Shown piece by piece: positions 1 to 12,972 of a stretch of DNA of 64,000 bases. The notes beneath the pieces were generated by a model that had not been told where the DNA came from, made no database searches, and worked only from the letters and a program-made list of their open reading frames with translations. Every line of letters begins with the position of its first letter. The first letter of the stretch is position 1. The stretch comes from Phycisphaerales bacterium. GTDB lineage: Bacteria > Planctomycetota > Phycisphaerae > Phycisphaerales > JAGLTS01. The stretch lies in the NCBI GenBank assembly GCA_023135165.1, contig JAGLTS010000013.1:19462-83461 (forward strand), read 5' to 3'. Position numbers and translations under genes: made by a program.

Positions 1-17
1 CAATCATCGCCGGTGCG

Positions 18-1079
18 GTGTGGCTCGTGTTCTTCCGTGATGGCGCCGTGGAGAACGGCAGCCCGACGCCCGACGCGGATGAGTCCACCGCCGTCGCAGC
101 AGACACGCGCGACAGCGACATCATCGACCTGCTGAATCGGCGAGCCGATACAAGCGATGAGATACCCGCTGTCGTGCTCCCGCCCGAGCCGGCGCCCACG
201 GACACGACGTCCGACGCTGCCCGCACCATTGAGCCGATCCCATCAGCCGATGAAACACCCGATGATTCGCCGCCCCCACCACAGACCAGCACCAGCCCGG
301 CGACGATTCGCGCGATGGTCGCCGACGGGTCGCGCAAGCTGGCAGCAGGCGAGCTTGTCGAGGCGCGAGCGCTGTTCAACCGCGCGCTGCACGATCCGCG
401 AACCACCGACCGCGACCAAGCCCGCTTGCGCGATCGGCTGACCGAACTGAATCAGACGCTGGTCTTTGAGCCGGTGCTGATGCCGACCGATCCGTATTTC
501 CGCGAGTACATCCTTCAGCCGGGCGATGCACTGTCCAGGGTCGTCCGCCGAGAGAACGTCTCGGTCCACAGCATGTTCCTGCAACGGATCAATCAGATCA
601 GCAACCCGCGCACGATCCGTGCCGGCCAATCGCTGAAGCTGCCGACGGGCGTGTTTCACGCGATCATCTACAAAGCACAGTACCGGCTTGACCTCTACAT
701 GGACGCGCCGGGCGGTGCGGACTGGATGTATGTGCGTTCGTTCGGCGTGGGATTGGGCGAATACGACTCGACGCCGGTGGGCAGTTGGGTTGTGACGCCG
801 GACCGGAAGATGACGAACCCGGAGTGGCACAACCCGCGGACCGGCGAGTATTTCGCACCTGACGATCCGAACAACCCGATCGGCGAGTACTGGCTGCCCC
901 TGACCGGAACGGACCCGAATACACAGGTGCGCAGCGGGTACGGCATCCACGGCACGATTGAGCCGGAGAGCATCGGCCGCGCCGTCTCGATGGGCTGCGT
1001 GCGGATGCTGCCGGCCGACGTCGCCATCGTGTGGGAGGCGCTCGCGGAAGGCAAGAGCACCGTCGAGATCCAGCCGTAG
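18..1079 (+). CDS. LysM-domain L,D-transpeptidase (YkuD family); probably 5'-truncated by the window edge
   Basis: LysM-like YILQPGDALSRVV...IRAGQSLKLP followed by a YkuD domain with YGIHGT...VSMGCVRM (catalytic His and Cys); the frame is open back to the window start. Confidence 0.85.
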   Translation: MWLVFFRDGAVENGSPTPDADESTAVAADTRDSDIIDLLNRRADTSDEIPAVVLPPEPAPTDTTSDAARTIEPIPSADETPDDSPPPPQTSTSPATIRAMVADGSRKLAAGELVEARALFNRALHDPRTTDRDQARLRDRLTELNQTLVFEPVLMPTDPYFREYILQPGDALSRVVRRENVSVHSMFLQRINQISNPRTIRAGQSLKLPTGVFHAIIYKAQYRLDLYMDAPGGADWMYVRSFGVGLGEYDSTPVGSWVVTPDRKMTNPEWHNPRTGEYFAPDDPNNPIGEYWLPLTGTDPNTQVRSGYGIHGTIEPESIGRAVSMGCVRMLPADVAIVWEALAEGKSTVEIQP

Positions 1080-1130
1080 CGTGACCGTTTCGATCACCGA
1101 ATCGTGTCGGTTTCGTCTGTTGCGTACACA

Positions 1131-1160
1131 TCACAGCCTCGCCTTGCCGGGGGGCTGTGA
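1131..1160. repeat. REP-like palindrome / possible terminator
   Basis: TCACAGCC-TCGCCTTGCCGGGG-GGCTGTGA; shares sequence with the inverted pair at 37962-38050. Confidence 0.55.
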
Positions 1161-1381
1161 AGGGGCTCTCTCCACCATCGCGTGTGATGAACAATCGGGC
1201 GAAACAAGGCCGATTCTGGTATGATATCGCTGTGATTTCAGGGCTCGAAGCGTCGTGCGGGACCGTGACATGAGCCCCTTCGCCGACCAAGCCTGCAGGC
1301 CTCGAGTGGATGCTCCGGCGCGGAGAGGGCTGGCGAGTGCGATGGTGCGGTGGTGCCCCGGCACGCGCGATGGATTGATGA

Positions 1382-4117
<2,736 letters not shown>

Positions 4118-4142
4118 TGAGCAGAGCGCATCGGCTCGCCGA

Positions 4143-5306
4143 TCATCGGGCCAAGGCTTCCAACCTCGCCACGGCGCTGCGCAGCGTCTCTTCACGCTTG
4201 CAGAACGCGAAACGCACCAGCGAGCGGCCGTGCTCGGGATGGGCGTAGAACGACGTCGGAGGAATCGCCGCCACACCAATCTCCTCGATCAGCCGCCGCA
4301 CGAACGCCACATCGTCACCCGTCCCGAACGCGGAATGATCCGCCAGGATGAAGTACGTCCCGTCGGGCGGGCGCACCTTGAAGCCGATTCTCACGAGCGA
4401 ATCGCACAGGTAGTCGCGCTTACTCCGATACTCAGCGACGAACCGCTCGTAGTACGACGCCGGCGCGCCCAGCGCCGCGACCGCGCCGTGCTGAAACGGC
4501 GTGGCGGTGCAGAACGTAATGAACTGGTGCGCCGCACGGACCGCTCGGCTCAACTCCTCGCTCGCAATCGCCCAGCCGACCTTCCACCCCGTGAGCGAGA
4601 ACGTCTTGCCGAGCGATGACAGCGTGATCGTGCGCTCGTCCATGCCCGGCAGCGTCTGAAGATGAATGTGCGCGCCTTCGAACACGAGGTGTTCGTATAC
4701 CTCATCGGTGATCGCAATCACATCCCGACTTCGGCAGAGGTCCGCGATGCACTCAAGCTCACTGCGATCGAACACAGTCCCCGTCGGGTTGTGCGGCGTG
4801 TTGACCATGATCGCGCGCGTGTGATCCGAGAAAGCCGCCTTGAGATCGTCGGGATCGAACGTGAATCGGCCTGATGCGTCAGGGCGAAGCGCGACGTAGC
4901 GAGGCGTCGCGCCAACGCGCGCGGTCAGCGCCGGGTACGAGTCGTAGTACGGCTCGAAGAGGATGATCTCATCACCCGGATTGAGCAGGCCAAGCAGCGC
5001 CGCGGCGATGCCCTCGGTGCATCCGGTCGTCACTGTAACCTGCGTATCAGGGTCGATCTCGATGCCGGTTCGCGCGTGCCAGTTGTGGGCGATGATCCGA
5101 TTGAGCGGCGCAATGCCGGCGGTGCGGGCGTACTGGTTGTGATGGTTGTCGATGGCGTCGATGGCTGCCTTCTTGACGAAGTCCGGGCCGTCGAAGTCAG
5201 GGAATCCCTGCGAGAGATCGACAGCGCCATGGCGCGCGGCGAGGGCGGTGATCTCCGCGAAGATGGTCGTTCCGAACGGGGCCAATGCTTCAGCAATGTG
5301 GTTCAT
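4143..5306 (-). CDS. PLP-dependent class I/II aminotransferase (YbdL/kynurenine-glutamine transaminase-like)
   Basis: DLSQGFPDF, NTPHNPTG, DEVYEH, SLGKTFSLTGWKVGW, VRFAFCK; start moved to ATG 5306. Confidence 0.9.
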   Translation of the reverse strand: MNHIAEALAPFGTTIFAEITALAARHGAVDLSQGFPDFDGPDFVKKAAIDAIDNHHNQYARTAGIAPLNRIIAHNWHARTGIEIDPDTQVTVTTGCTEGIAAALLGLLNPGDEIILFEPYYDSYPALTARVGATPRYVALRPDASGRFTFDPDDLKAAFSDHTRAIMVNTPHNPTGTVFDRSELECIADLCRSRDVIAITDEVYEHLVFEGAHIHLQTLPGMDERTITLSSLGKTFSLTGWKVGWAIASEELSRAVRAAHQFITFCTATPFQHGAVAALGAPASYYERFVAEYRSKRDYLCDSLVRIGFKVRPPDGTYFILADHSAFGTGDDVAFVRRLIEEIGVAAIPPTSFYAHPEHGRSLVRFAFCKREETLRSAVARLEALAR

Positions 5307-5361
5307 CGTGTGCCTACCGTGGTGGATGTGTCGTGTTCGGACGTGCCGGGGTTGACCGGCT

Positions 5362-6441
5362 ATGATCGGACGCATGGGTCGGATTCTCGGTCAAGATAGA
5401 GCGATTGCGACGTTGCGGGCAAGCCTTGCGTCCGATCGCGTGCATCACGCATGGATCTTCCACGGCCCGAAGGGCGTCGGGAAACACACCACAGCCGAGG
5501 CGTTCGCCCGCGTGCTCCTGGACCCCGATGCGGAGTTTGACGACACCGGTGAGGTGCGAGTCGATGCGACGAGTGAGGCGGCGCAGCGGTTTGAGGCGGG
5601 GACGCATCCGGATCTGCATCTGGTGACCAAGGAACTCGCCCTGTATTCCGACGAGGCGGATGACCGGAAGAGGAAGCTCACCAACATCCCGATCAATGTG
5701 CTGCGTCGACATTTGGTCGAGCCTGCCTATCGACGAGCGGTGCTCGCTCCCAAACCGCGCCAACATGCCGCGAAAGTGTTCATTGTGGATGAGGCGGAGT
5801 TGCTGGACAAGGCGCAGAACTCGCTTCTCAAGGTGTTTGAGGAACCGCCACTGGGCACGGTGATCATCCTCGTGACGGCACATGAGGATCGGCTGTTGCC
5901 GACCGTACGCAGCCGATGCCAGCGCGTGGCGTTTGTGCCGCTGGACGACGAGGCGATGGCGGCGTGGGCGGCTGAACACTTGGCGGATGTCGATGCGGAC
6001 GAGGCAAAGTGGGTGCTGACATTCGCCGCGGGCAGCCCGGGCGCAGCACTCCTTGCGGCGCAGGCAGGCCTTCGAGTCTGGGCGACGACGCTGGAACCGA
6101 TGCTTCGCCGGCTGGAGGAAGGTCAAGTGCCCGCGAAAATGGGCGGCGTCATGGCGGAGCTTATCGACACGTTCGCGCAGCAGTGGGTGAAGAAGCACAC
6201 CAACGCAAGCAAGGAAGCGGCGAACAGGATGGCGATGCGCCTGATGCTCTCACTGCTGGCCCACCGGGCTGACGAGCAGCTTCGTCTCACGATCGAGCGG
6301 GGTGACGATCCCGAACCGGCTGCCCGTGTGATCGATTGCTTCGGGAATGCGGAGCGGGAGCTACACGCGAATCTGAACCTGCGGATGTTGCTGGATCACC
6401 TTGTCGTGCGGTGGGCCCATGCGCTCTCCCGGGCGTCGTGA
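5362..6441 (+). CDS. holB: DNA polymerase III delta' subunit
   Basis: ILGQDRA, HAWIFHGPKGVGK, THPDLH, KVFIVDEAE, QNSLLKVFEEPP, LLPTVRSRCQ. Confidence 0.88.
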   Translation: MIGRMGRILGQDRAIATLRASLASDRVHHAWIFHGPKGVGKHTTAEAFARVLLDPDAEFDDTGEVRVDATSEAAQRFEAGTHPDLHLVTKELALYSDEADDRKRKLTNIPINVLRRHLVEPAYRRAVLAPKPRQHAAKVFIVDEAELLDKAQNSLLKVFEEPPLGTVIILVTAHEDRLLPTVRSRCQRVAFVPLDDEAMAAWAAEHLADVDADEAKWVLTFAAGSPGAALLAAQAGLRVWATTLEPMLRRLEEGQVPAKMGGVMAELIDTFAQQWVKKHTNASKEAANRMAMRLMLSLLAHRADEQLRLTIERGDDPEPAARVIDCFGNAERELHANLNLRMLLDHLVVRWAHALSRAS

Positions 6442-6524
6442 CGATTCCAGGGCGCTCGTCTGCCGCAAGAGCCGAAACCCGGCGTCTTGCGTGCCAGGAG
6501 ACGGGTGCTCGCAGCAGGAGAAAA

Positions 6525-7580
6525 ATGTTGACCGGACCGCTGCGATTCAAACTGCCCCCGTGGCGGAAGCACCGCCCACAACCGTTGCACACGCGCGATC
6601 GACGGGGCTTCACGCTTGTCGAACTGCTCGTCGTCATAGCGGTGATCGCCATGATCATCGCCATCCTGTTGCCAACCCTGAGCAAGGTGCGCGCTTCCGC
6701 GAAGAAGGGCGCCACGACAGCGCTGCTCGGCGATGTGGGCAAGGCGAGCGACAGCTTCATGCTCGATCGACGCCGCGTGCCCGGCTTCATCCCCGACAGT
6801 GATCTCTTCAACTTCGGCACGGCCATGCTGGGCTACACCGCAGCGGAAAACGCCATGCTCGACCTGATGGGCGGCGGGCGTGCCGGCAGCGCCCAGGAAG
6901 ATGACGCCATCGAAATCCTCACGGACGACGAAGGTGTGCAGTTCTTCGTCTCACCTGGCGCGGTCGGCGAAAACGCGTACCTGAAACTGGATGGCAAAAA
7001 CCTGGATACCGTGCCGCGCAATGATCTGAACGGCGCGGAGTGGTTGGGTGGCAATGTGCCGGAGATCGTCAGGAGTGTGCCGGTCGTCGTCGATGACTTC
7101 GGCGAACCGATCCTTTACTTCCGCCGCTCCGATGCGCGCTACTCAGCCGATCGCGATGCGTTCGAAGAGGTTGGATTCGCCACCTCGGGCGGATTCAGCA
7201 TGGGGAAGTCGTACTGGTGGGATGCGATTCATGCCTATGGCTTTGTCAACCGCAATGGGCAAGGGCCGGATGAAGATCAGGAAGACACTACGGGAAGTTG
7301 GCTCACCTTTGCCGACGACAACATTGATGGCGAACAGGCGGCATCCTACCGAGCCGTGCTCGAGCATCCCACGCTCTATCCCGATGCGCCGCGCGGCAGG
7401 TACGCGCTCATCTCCGCGGGAAGAGACCGTGTGTACTTCAGTAAATCCCAATACAGCAGCGTGCGATTCTGGAAGGGTAGAGGGCAACTGCTGGAGGAAG
7501 ACCCAGGCAACGCGTCCATCGTCGACCAAGCACCGGACATTGACTCGACCTTTGATGACATCGTGTTGGACGGTGGGTAG
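6525..7580 (+). CDS. Prepilin-type N-terminal cleavage/methylation domain protein (type II secretion pseudopilin-like)
   Basis: RRGFTLVELLVVIAVIAMIIAILLP class III signal peptide; GspG-like DDFGEPILY and YALISAGRD; AGGAG precedes ATG 6525. Confidence 0.85.
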   Translation: MLTGPLRFKLPPWRKHRPQPLHTRDRRGFTLVELLVVIAVIAMIIAILLPTLSKVRASAKKGATTALLGDVGKASDSFMLDRRRVPGFIPDSDLFNFGTAMLGYTAAENAMLDLMGGGRAGSAQEDDAIEILTDDEGVQFFVSPGAVGENAYLKLDGKNLDTVPRNDLNGAEWLGGNVPEIVRSVPVVVDDFGEPILYFRRSDARYSADRDAFEEVGFATSGGFSMGKSYWWDAIHAYGFVNRNGQGPDEDQEDTTGSWLTFADDNIDGEQAASYRAVLEHPTLYPDAPRGRYALISAGRDRVYFSKSQYSSVRFWKGRGQLLEEDPGNASIVDQAPDIDSTFDDIVLDGG

Positions 7581-7641
7581 CGTTCATCCATCAGATTCGC
7601 AGAACCAGCTCCGCCCGACGCCAGCCGATGCATTCCAACAC

Positions 7642-7668
7642 CAGGTGTGTTCATATATTAGACACCTG
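7642..7668. terminator. Hairpin between convergent genes (possible bidirectional terminator)
   Basis: CAGGTGT...ACACCTG stem around an AT-rich loop. Confidence 0.4.
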
Positions 7669-7686
7669 CTCCACTCCCGTCCCGTC

Positions 7687-9558
7687 TTATCCCTTCGGCC
7701 CGGCGGAGAATGCAAGGTGATAGGCGCCGTCACGCAATGTGCTCTTCACCGGCCCAAGCGCACAGCGATTGAAGAGACGAACCATCACCTTATTGTCCAC
7801 CATGACCTCCGCGGTGAATGATGTGATGCCCCGATCTCGCCCGATAGCGACGAGTCGCTTGAACATATGCGTGCCGATACCTCTACCTTGCCACGCATCG
7901 CGCATGACAAACGCCACCTCTGCTTCGTCTGTTGCGGCATCGACGCCATATCTCGCGACGCCGACGACCATTTCGCCTTCATCACATGGCGCGACGGCGA
8001 CAATCGCTACGCGCTTCGCATAGTCGACGTTGACATAATCCTTGAGTTGGGCATGCGGCATTGCCTTGAGGACATGGAAGAACCGGTGCAGAACCGTGTC
8101 CGGCGAGAGCGAGTAGAACATATCGCGCAGCAGTTCCTCGTCGGTCGGTCGAATCGGCCGGATGCGCAGAATCATTCCATCGGCGAGCGTTACGTCGCTT
8201 TGATAGATTTCCAACTCGGGAGCACCGGCCGACAGGACCACGGGTTGATCGGCTGGAACGACGTGGCGTTCCCGAGCTTCCTTCATGAGTTGCTCACGGA
8301 AATCGGGATGTGCAATGTGAATGAGCGCCAGCGCCCGTTCACGCACCGTTTTTCCATGTAGATTCGCCGCGCCCCACTCGGTGACAACGTAATGCACATC
8401 CCCTCGGCTCGTCACGACTCCGGCGCCGGGGTAGAGCGTCGGTACGATGCGCGACACAGTGCCGTCCCGTGCCGTCGATGGGAGCGCGACGATCGGCTTG
8501 CCCCCGTTGCTTCTCGCGGCGCCCCGCACGAAATCCACTTGTCCGCCGATGCCGCTGTAAAAGTACTCGCCCAATGAGTCGGCACACACTTGGCCCGTGA
8601 GATCAATCTGTAGCGCCGAGTTGATGGCGATCATCTTGTCATTCTGTGCGATGCGGAAGGGATCGTTCGTGTATTCCGTCGGGTGGAACTCACACATCGG
8701 ATTGTTATCGATGAAATCATACAGACGACGCGTACCCATCACGAAGCTCGCGATGATCTTCCCACGGTGAAGCGTCTTGCGCGAGCCGTTGATGATTCCT
8801 CGCTCGACGAGATCGACGACGCCATCCGCGAACATCTCGGTGTGGATGCCCAGATCCTTCTTCTCCGTGAGGTTCGCAAGCACCGCGTCCGGGATTGTGC
8901 CGATCCCCATCTGTAGTGTTGATCCATCGTCGATGAGGTCGGCGATGTGCCGGCCGATTCGCTGCGCGATCTCGTCCGGCTCACGATGCTTCGACTCAAG
9001 GACCGGCTTGTCCATGGGGATCATGCCTGAAATGCGATTCACGTGGATGAAGCTGTCCCCAAGTGCTCGCGGCATGTTCGGATTAACCTCGGCATACACC
9101 TCACATGCACATTCGGCGGCTGACTTGACGATGTCGGTCGAGACGCCGTAGCTGCAGTACCCGTGCTCGTCCGGCGGCGACACCTGAATCAGCGCCACGT
9201 CGATCGGCATGCGCCCGTGGCGGAACATCCTTGGAATCTCCGAGAGGAAGGCCGGTGTGTAGTCGGCCCGGCCCTGCGACACAGCTTGGCGCGTGTTCGG
9301 CCCGATGAAGAATGCATTGTGGTGAAAGCGGTCGATCATCGTCGGGTCGACGTACGGTGCCGTCCCAAGCGTCAGGATGTGAATGATCTGCGTATCGGCG
9401 AGCGATTCGCCGCGGGCGACAAGAGCTTTGACGAGTTCTTGCGGCTCAGCGCACCCCGAACCGATGAAGACGCGCTGACCTCGGCGGACGCCGGCCACCG
9501 CCTGATCAGCGCTGCGGAGCTTGTCACGATACCGGTCTGTCCAGTCAGTTCCGTCCAT
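7687..9558 (-). CDS. Acetyl-CoA hydrolase / 4-hydroxybutyrate CoA-transferase fused to a C-terminal GNAT domain
   Basis: LQMGIGTIPDAV, LGIHTEM, YSGIGGQVDF, VVTEWG; C-terminal IRPIRPTD...WQGRGIGT GNAT motif. Confidence 0.9.
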   Translation of the reverse strand: MDGTDWTDRYRDKLRSADQAVAGVRRGQRVFIGSGCAEPQELVKALVARGESLADTQIIHILTLGTAPYVDPTMIDRFHHNAFFIGPNTRQAVSQGRADYTPAFLSEIPRMFRHGRMPIDVALIQVSPPDEHGYCSYGVSTDIVKSAAECACEVYAEVNPNMPRALGDSFIHVNRISGMIPMDKPVLESKHREPDEIAQRIGRHIADLIDDGSTLQMGIGTIPDAVLANLTEKKDLGIHTEMFADGVVDLVERGIINGSRKTLHRGKIIASFVMGTRRLYDFIDNNPMCEFHPTEYTNDPFRIAQNDKMIAINSALQIDLTGQVCADSLGEYFYSGIGGQVDFVRGAARSNGGKPIVALPSTARDGTVSRIVPTLYPGAGVVTSRGDVHYVVTEWGAANLHGKTVRERALALIHIAHPDFREQLMKEARERHVVPADQPVVLSAGAPELEIYQSDVTLADGMILRIRPIRPTDEELLRDMFYSLSPDTVLHRFFHVLKAMPHAQLKDYVNVDYAKRVAIVAVAPCDEGEMVVGVARYGVDAATDEAEVAFVMRDAWQGRGIGTHMFKRLVAIGRDRGITSFTAEVMVDNKVMVRLFNRCALGPVKSTLRDGAYHLAFSAGPKG

Positions 9559-10140
9559 GTATTATTGCTCGGAGTTGAGGTTATGTTATATCGCGCTTCA
9601 CCATCATCACGGATCACAAGCTCCACTGGACATCCCATCGCATGGCGCGACGCGTGATCCCGGCTTACCGTTGCGACGCACCGGCGTGCCGAATGCCGCC
9701 TGCATCTTCCTCAAACGACGTAGCATTCTCTCGCCGTACAACACGAAGCACAAGACACGGATGACCAACCACTGCGATTGTGGAACACACGGGCAGGAGG
9801 GGCGGAGGCGTCCGACCACATGACGGTGCTGCGGGCCGTCGCCTCACCTCCGATCGCTGCCCGATGGGTCGGCAAGCGTCTCTGCGAGCATGCTTCCTCC
9901 AACGCCAAGAACTCCACACACCTGTGCGCAGCGAAGCGAGGCTCCGGGCGTCCCCAAGGACGTTGCGCAGCTTCCCGCGCCGCACGCCGTGACGACTAAC
10001 CTGTGTCCTCGGCGGTTCCTGGTGAGCGGATGTCGCCATAAGCGCCTACACTGGTTCTCCGCAAACCAGAGATTTCCGGCCTGTCTGGTCGAACGGCGGG
10101 CCATCCGTGACGGCTGCGTGCCACAAAACGGAGATTGCCG

Positions 10141-11574
10141 ATGCTTGATGAGTTGGAAAAACGGTTTCGTGATGTCGCGCCGACGGCTGACTTCTGCTCG
10201 TTGCGGTTCGTTCGCGAACGTGCGGAGCAACTTCGTGTGCGACAGGATGTGGTGGAGCCGGTGGTCGCCGGTGAGGATGCGGGCGCGATGATTACGGTGC
10301 ATGCCGGCGGCGGCGTGGGCTACGGCGCAACGAGCGATCTCACGACGGCCGGCCTTCGTCGAGCGGCGCAGCACGCCCTTGACTGGGCCAAGCAAGCTGC
10401 GGCAAGCGGCAAGACCGACGCTGATCTCCCGACCCCATCCCGGCCCCAAGGGGAGTACCGCTCCCAGGTACGCAAGCCGTGGCAATCGCTTCCGACACGT
10501 GAGAAGATTGAGATGCTGCGCGCGCTTTGCGCGCAGCTCAAGACCAATGATCGCATCGTGGATTGGGAGACCTCGCTCTGGCACACCGAGCGCGAATCGC
10601 TCTTTCTCACCGCGGACGGCGGGCGAGTCCATCAAACGATCGACTGGCTGCTGCCCGGCATGAGTGCGAGTGCGAATGAGAAAGCCGAGACGCAAACCCG
10701 CACGTTCGGCGGGTTCGGCTCCGCACGCCAAGGCGGGCTCGAGGTGCTGGACGAAATCGGGTTCCTCGACGCAGCGCCGCGTGTCGCATCACAAGCGGTT
10801 GAGCTTCTCTCAGCGCCGGATTGCCCGACAGGCGCGATGGATGTTCTGCTCATGCCCGATCAAATGATCCTCCAGGTTCATGAATCGATCGGCCATCCGC
10901 TCGAACTCGATCGCATCCTCGGCGACGAACGCAACTATGCAGGCACCAGCTTCGTCACGCCCGACATGTTCGGCACGTACCGCTACGGGTCCGATCTGCT
11001 GAACATCACATTCGATCCCACGAGAACCGATGAACTCGCATCGTACGCTTTCGATGACGAGGGATGGCCCGCCGCGAAGGAATACATCATCCGAGACGGC
11101 ATCCTGCAGCGACCGCTCGGCGGACTGGCGTCACAGGCCAGGGCCGGCCTCCCCGGCGTCGCCAACGCACGCGCCAGCAGTTGGAACCGCCCCGCAATCG
11201 ACCGTATGGCGAATCTCAACCTGGAGCCGGGCGCATCGACGCTGGATGAGATGATCGGCGCGATCGAGCACGGCGTGTATATGGAAGCCAATCGCTCATG
11301 GTCGATCGACGACTCGCGGAACAAGTTCCAGTTCGGCTGCGAATACGGCCGGGTCATCAAGGATGGCAAGCTGGGCGGGGTTCTAAAAAACTGCAACTAC
11401 CGCGGTATTTCCGCGACATTCTGGCGAAACCTGAAGATGGTCGGTGATGAAGAGACGTTCCAATCGCTTGGGACGCCGTACTGCGGCAAGGGTGAACCGA
11501 ATCAATGCGTCTGCGTAGGCCATGCCGTCCCGGCGTGTGTGTTTGCTGACGTAGATGTCTTTGGAGGAGCATAG
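10141..11574 (+). CDS. tldD: TldD family metalloprotease
   Basis: HESIGHPLELDR zinc motif, YAFDDEG, RMANLNL, C-terminal CGKGEP. Confidence 0.9.
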   Translation: MLDELEKRFRDVAPTADFCSLRFVRERAEQLRVRQDVVEPVVAGEDAGAMITVHAGGGVGYGATSDLTTAGLRRAAQHALDWAKQAAASGKTDADLPTPSRPQGEYRSQVRKPWQSLPTREKIEMLRALCAQLKTNDRIVDWETSLWHTERESLFLTADGGRVHQTIDWLLPGMSASANEKAETQTRTFGGFGSARQGGLEVLDEIGFLDAAPRVASQAVELLSAPDCPTGAMDVLLMPDQMILQVHESIGHPLELDRILGDERNYAGTSFVTPDMFGTYRYGSDLLNITFDPTRTDELASYAFDDEGWPAAKEYIIRDGILQRPLGGLASQARAGLPGVANARASSWNRPAIDRMANLNLEPGASTLDEMIGAIEHGVYMEANRSWSIDDSRNKFQFGCEYGRVIKDGKLGGVLKNCNYRGISATFWRNLKMVGDEETFQSLGTPYCGKGEPNQCVCVGHAVPACVFADVDVFGGA

Positions 11575-11576
11575 TC

Positions 11577-12899
11577 GTGCAAGAGTACTTCTATCACTTG
11601 GCGGATGCTATCGAAGCGGACCTGCGGGGCAGCGAGCGATGCACGACCAACTTCTCATCCGAGGAGTCGGACTTCGTGCGGTTCAACCATAATGACATCC
11701 GTCAGGCAGGCCACGTCACACAACACGAACTGTCGATTGACCTGATCGACGGCCAACGGCACGCGACGGGCAGCCTCACGATCTCCGGCGACTCGGAGAA
11801 CGACAAGGCTCGCGTATCGGCGCTCATCGCCGACCTGCGTGACAAGTGCAGCGCTCTACCGGAAGATCCGTTCCTGCTGTATTCCACGGATGTCCGACCA
11901 ACGGAGCGAATCGGCGAAAACACACTGCCTGCAAGCGATGATGCCGTCGGTGAAATCATAAGGTCAAACAACGGCCGAGATCTGGTCGGCGTTTACGCAT
12001 CGGGGGGCATCGAGCGAGGCTTCGCGAACTCGCTCGGCCAGCGCAACTGGTTCCGCACGCACACGTTCAATCTTGACTGGAGTCTCTATCACGCTGCGGA
12101 CAAGGCGGTGAAGACGAACTACGCGGGGTTCACGTGGGACCCACGCGTGTTTGCGCAGAAAGTAGCGTGGTCCGGCGAACAACTCGGCGCGATTGGCAAA
12201 CCCGCCAAGACGATCAAGCCGGGACGATACCGCGTGTTTCTTTCGCCGATCGCGCTCTATGAACTCATCGGCATGCTCTGTTGGGACGGCTTTGGCCTGA
12301 AGTCACATCGCACTCGACAGACGCCACTGCTGAAGATGATCGAAGGTGAAGGCGGGTTCCATCCATCAGTCACCGTGCTGGAGAACACACGTGACGGCGT
12401 CGCGGCGAACTTCCAGGAGGCCGGGTTCATCAGGCCGGATCAAGTGCCGCTGATTGACGGCGGCACATACGCGCAGTGCCTCAGCTCGCCGCGGTCGGCA
12501 AAGGAATACGACGTGCCCACAAACGGCGCTTCCGCCGACGAGTCGCCCGAATCGATGGAGGTCGCGGCCGGGACGCTCCCGATAAACGATGCCCTGAGCC
12601 GGCTCGGCACCGGCATCTACGTCGGCAATCTCTGGTATCTGAACTACTCGGATCGCAACGCATGCCGCGTGACGGGTATGACACGATTCGCGACGTTCTG
12701 GGTCGAGCACGGTGTCGTGCAAGGCCCGCTCAACGTCATGCGTTTCGATGAGACGCTCTACAGAGCGTTGGGTGAGAATCTTTCCGGTCTGACAGCCGAT
12801 CGAGAGATGATTCTCGATCCTGGCACATACCTGCGGCGTTCAACAACCAGCGGCCGTATGCCCGGCGCGCTGATCGAGGATTTCACGTTCACGCTCTGA
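11577..12899 (+). CDS. TldE/PmbA family partner protein
   Basis: Directly follows tldD; FVRFNHN, PGRYRVFLSP, NLWYLN, TGMTRFATF. Confidence 0.85.
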   Translation: MQEYFYHLADAIEADLRGSERCTTNFSSEESDFVRFNHNDIRQAGHVTQHELSIDLIDGQRHATGSLTISGDSENDKARVSALIADLRDKCSALPEDPFLLYSTDVRPTERIGENTLPASDDAVGEIIRSNNGRDLVGVYASGGIERGFANSLGQRNWFRTHTFNLDWSLYHAADKAVKTNYAGFTWDPRVFAQKVAWSGEQLGAIGKPAKTIKPGRYRVFLSPIALYELIGMLCWDGFGLKSHRTRQTPLLKMIEGEGGFHPSVTVLENTRDGVAANFQEAGFIRPDQVPLIDGGTYAQCLSSPRSAKEYDVPTNGASADESPESMEVAAGTLPINDALSRLGTGIYVGNLWYLNYSDRNACRVTGMTRFATFWVEHGVVQGPLNVMRFDETLYRALGENLSGLTADREMILDPGTYLRRSTTSGRMPGALIEDFTFTL

Positions 12900-12972
12900 C
12901 AAGAGCACCGGATGCCGCACGGGATAGCGCGCTGCGTGTTCTCTCCGCGAACTCCTGGCCTCCCGGATCGCG

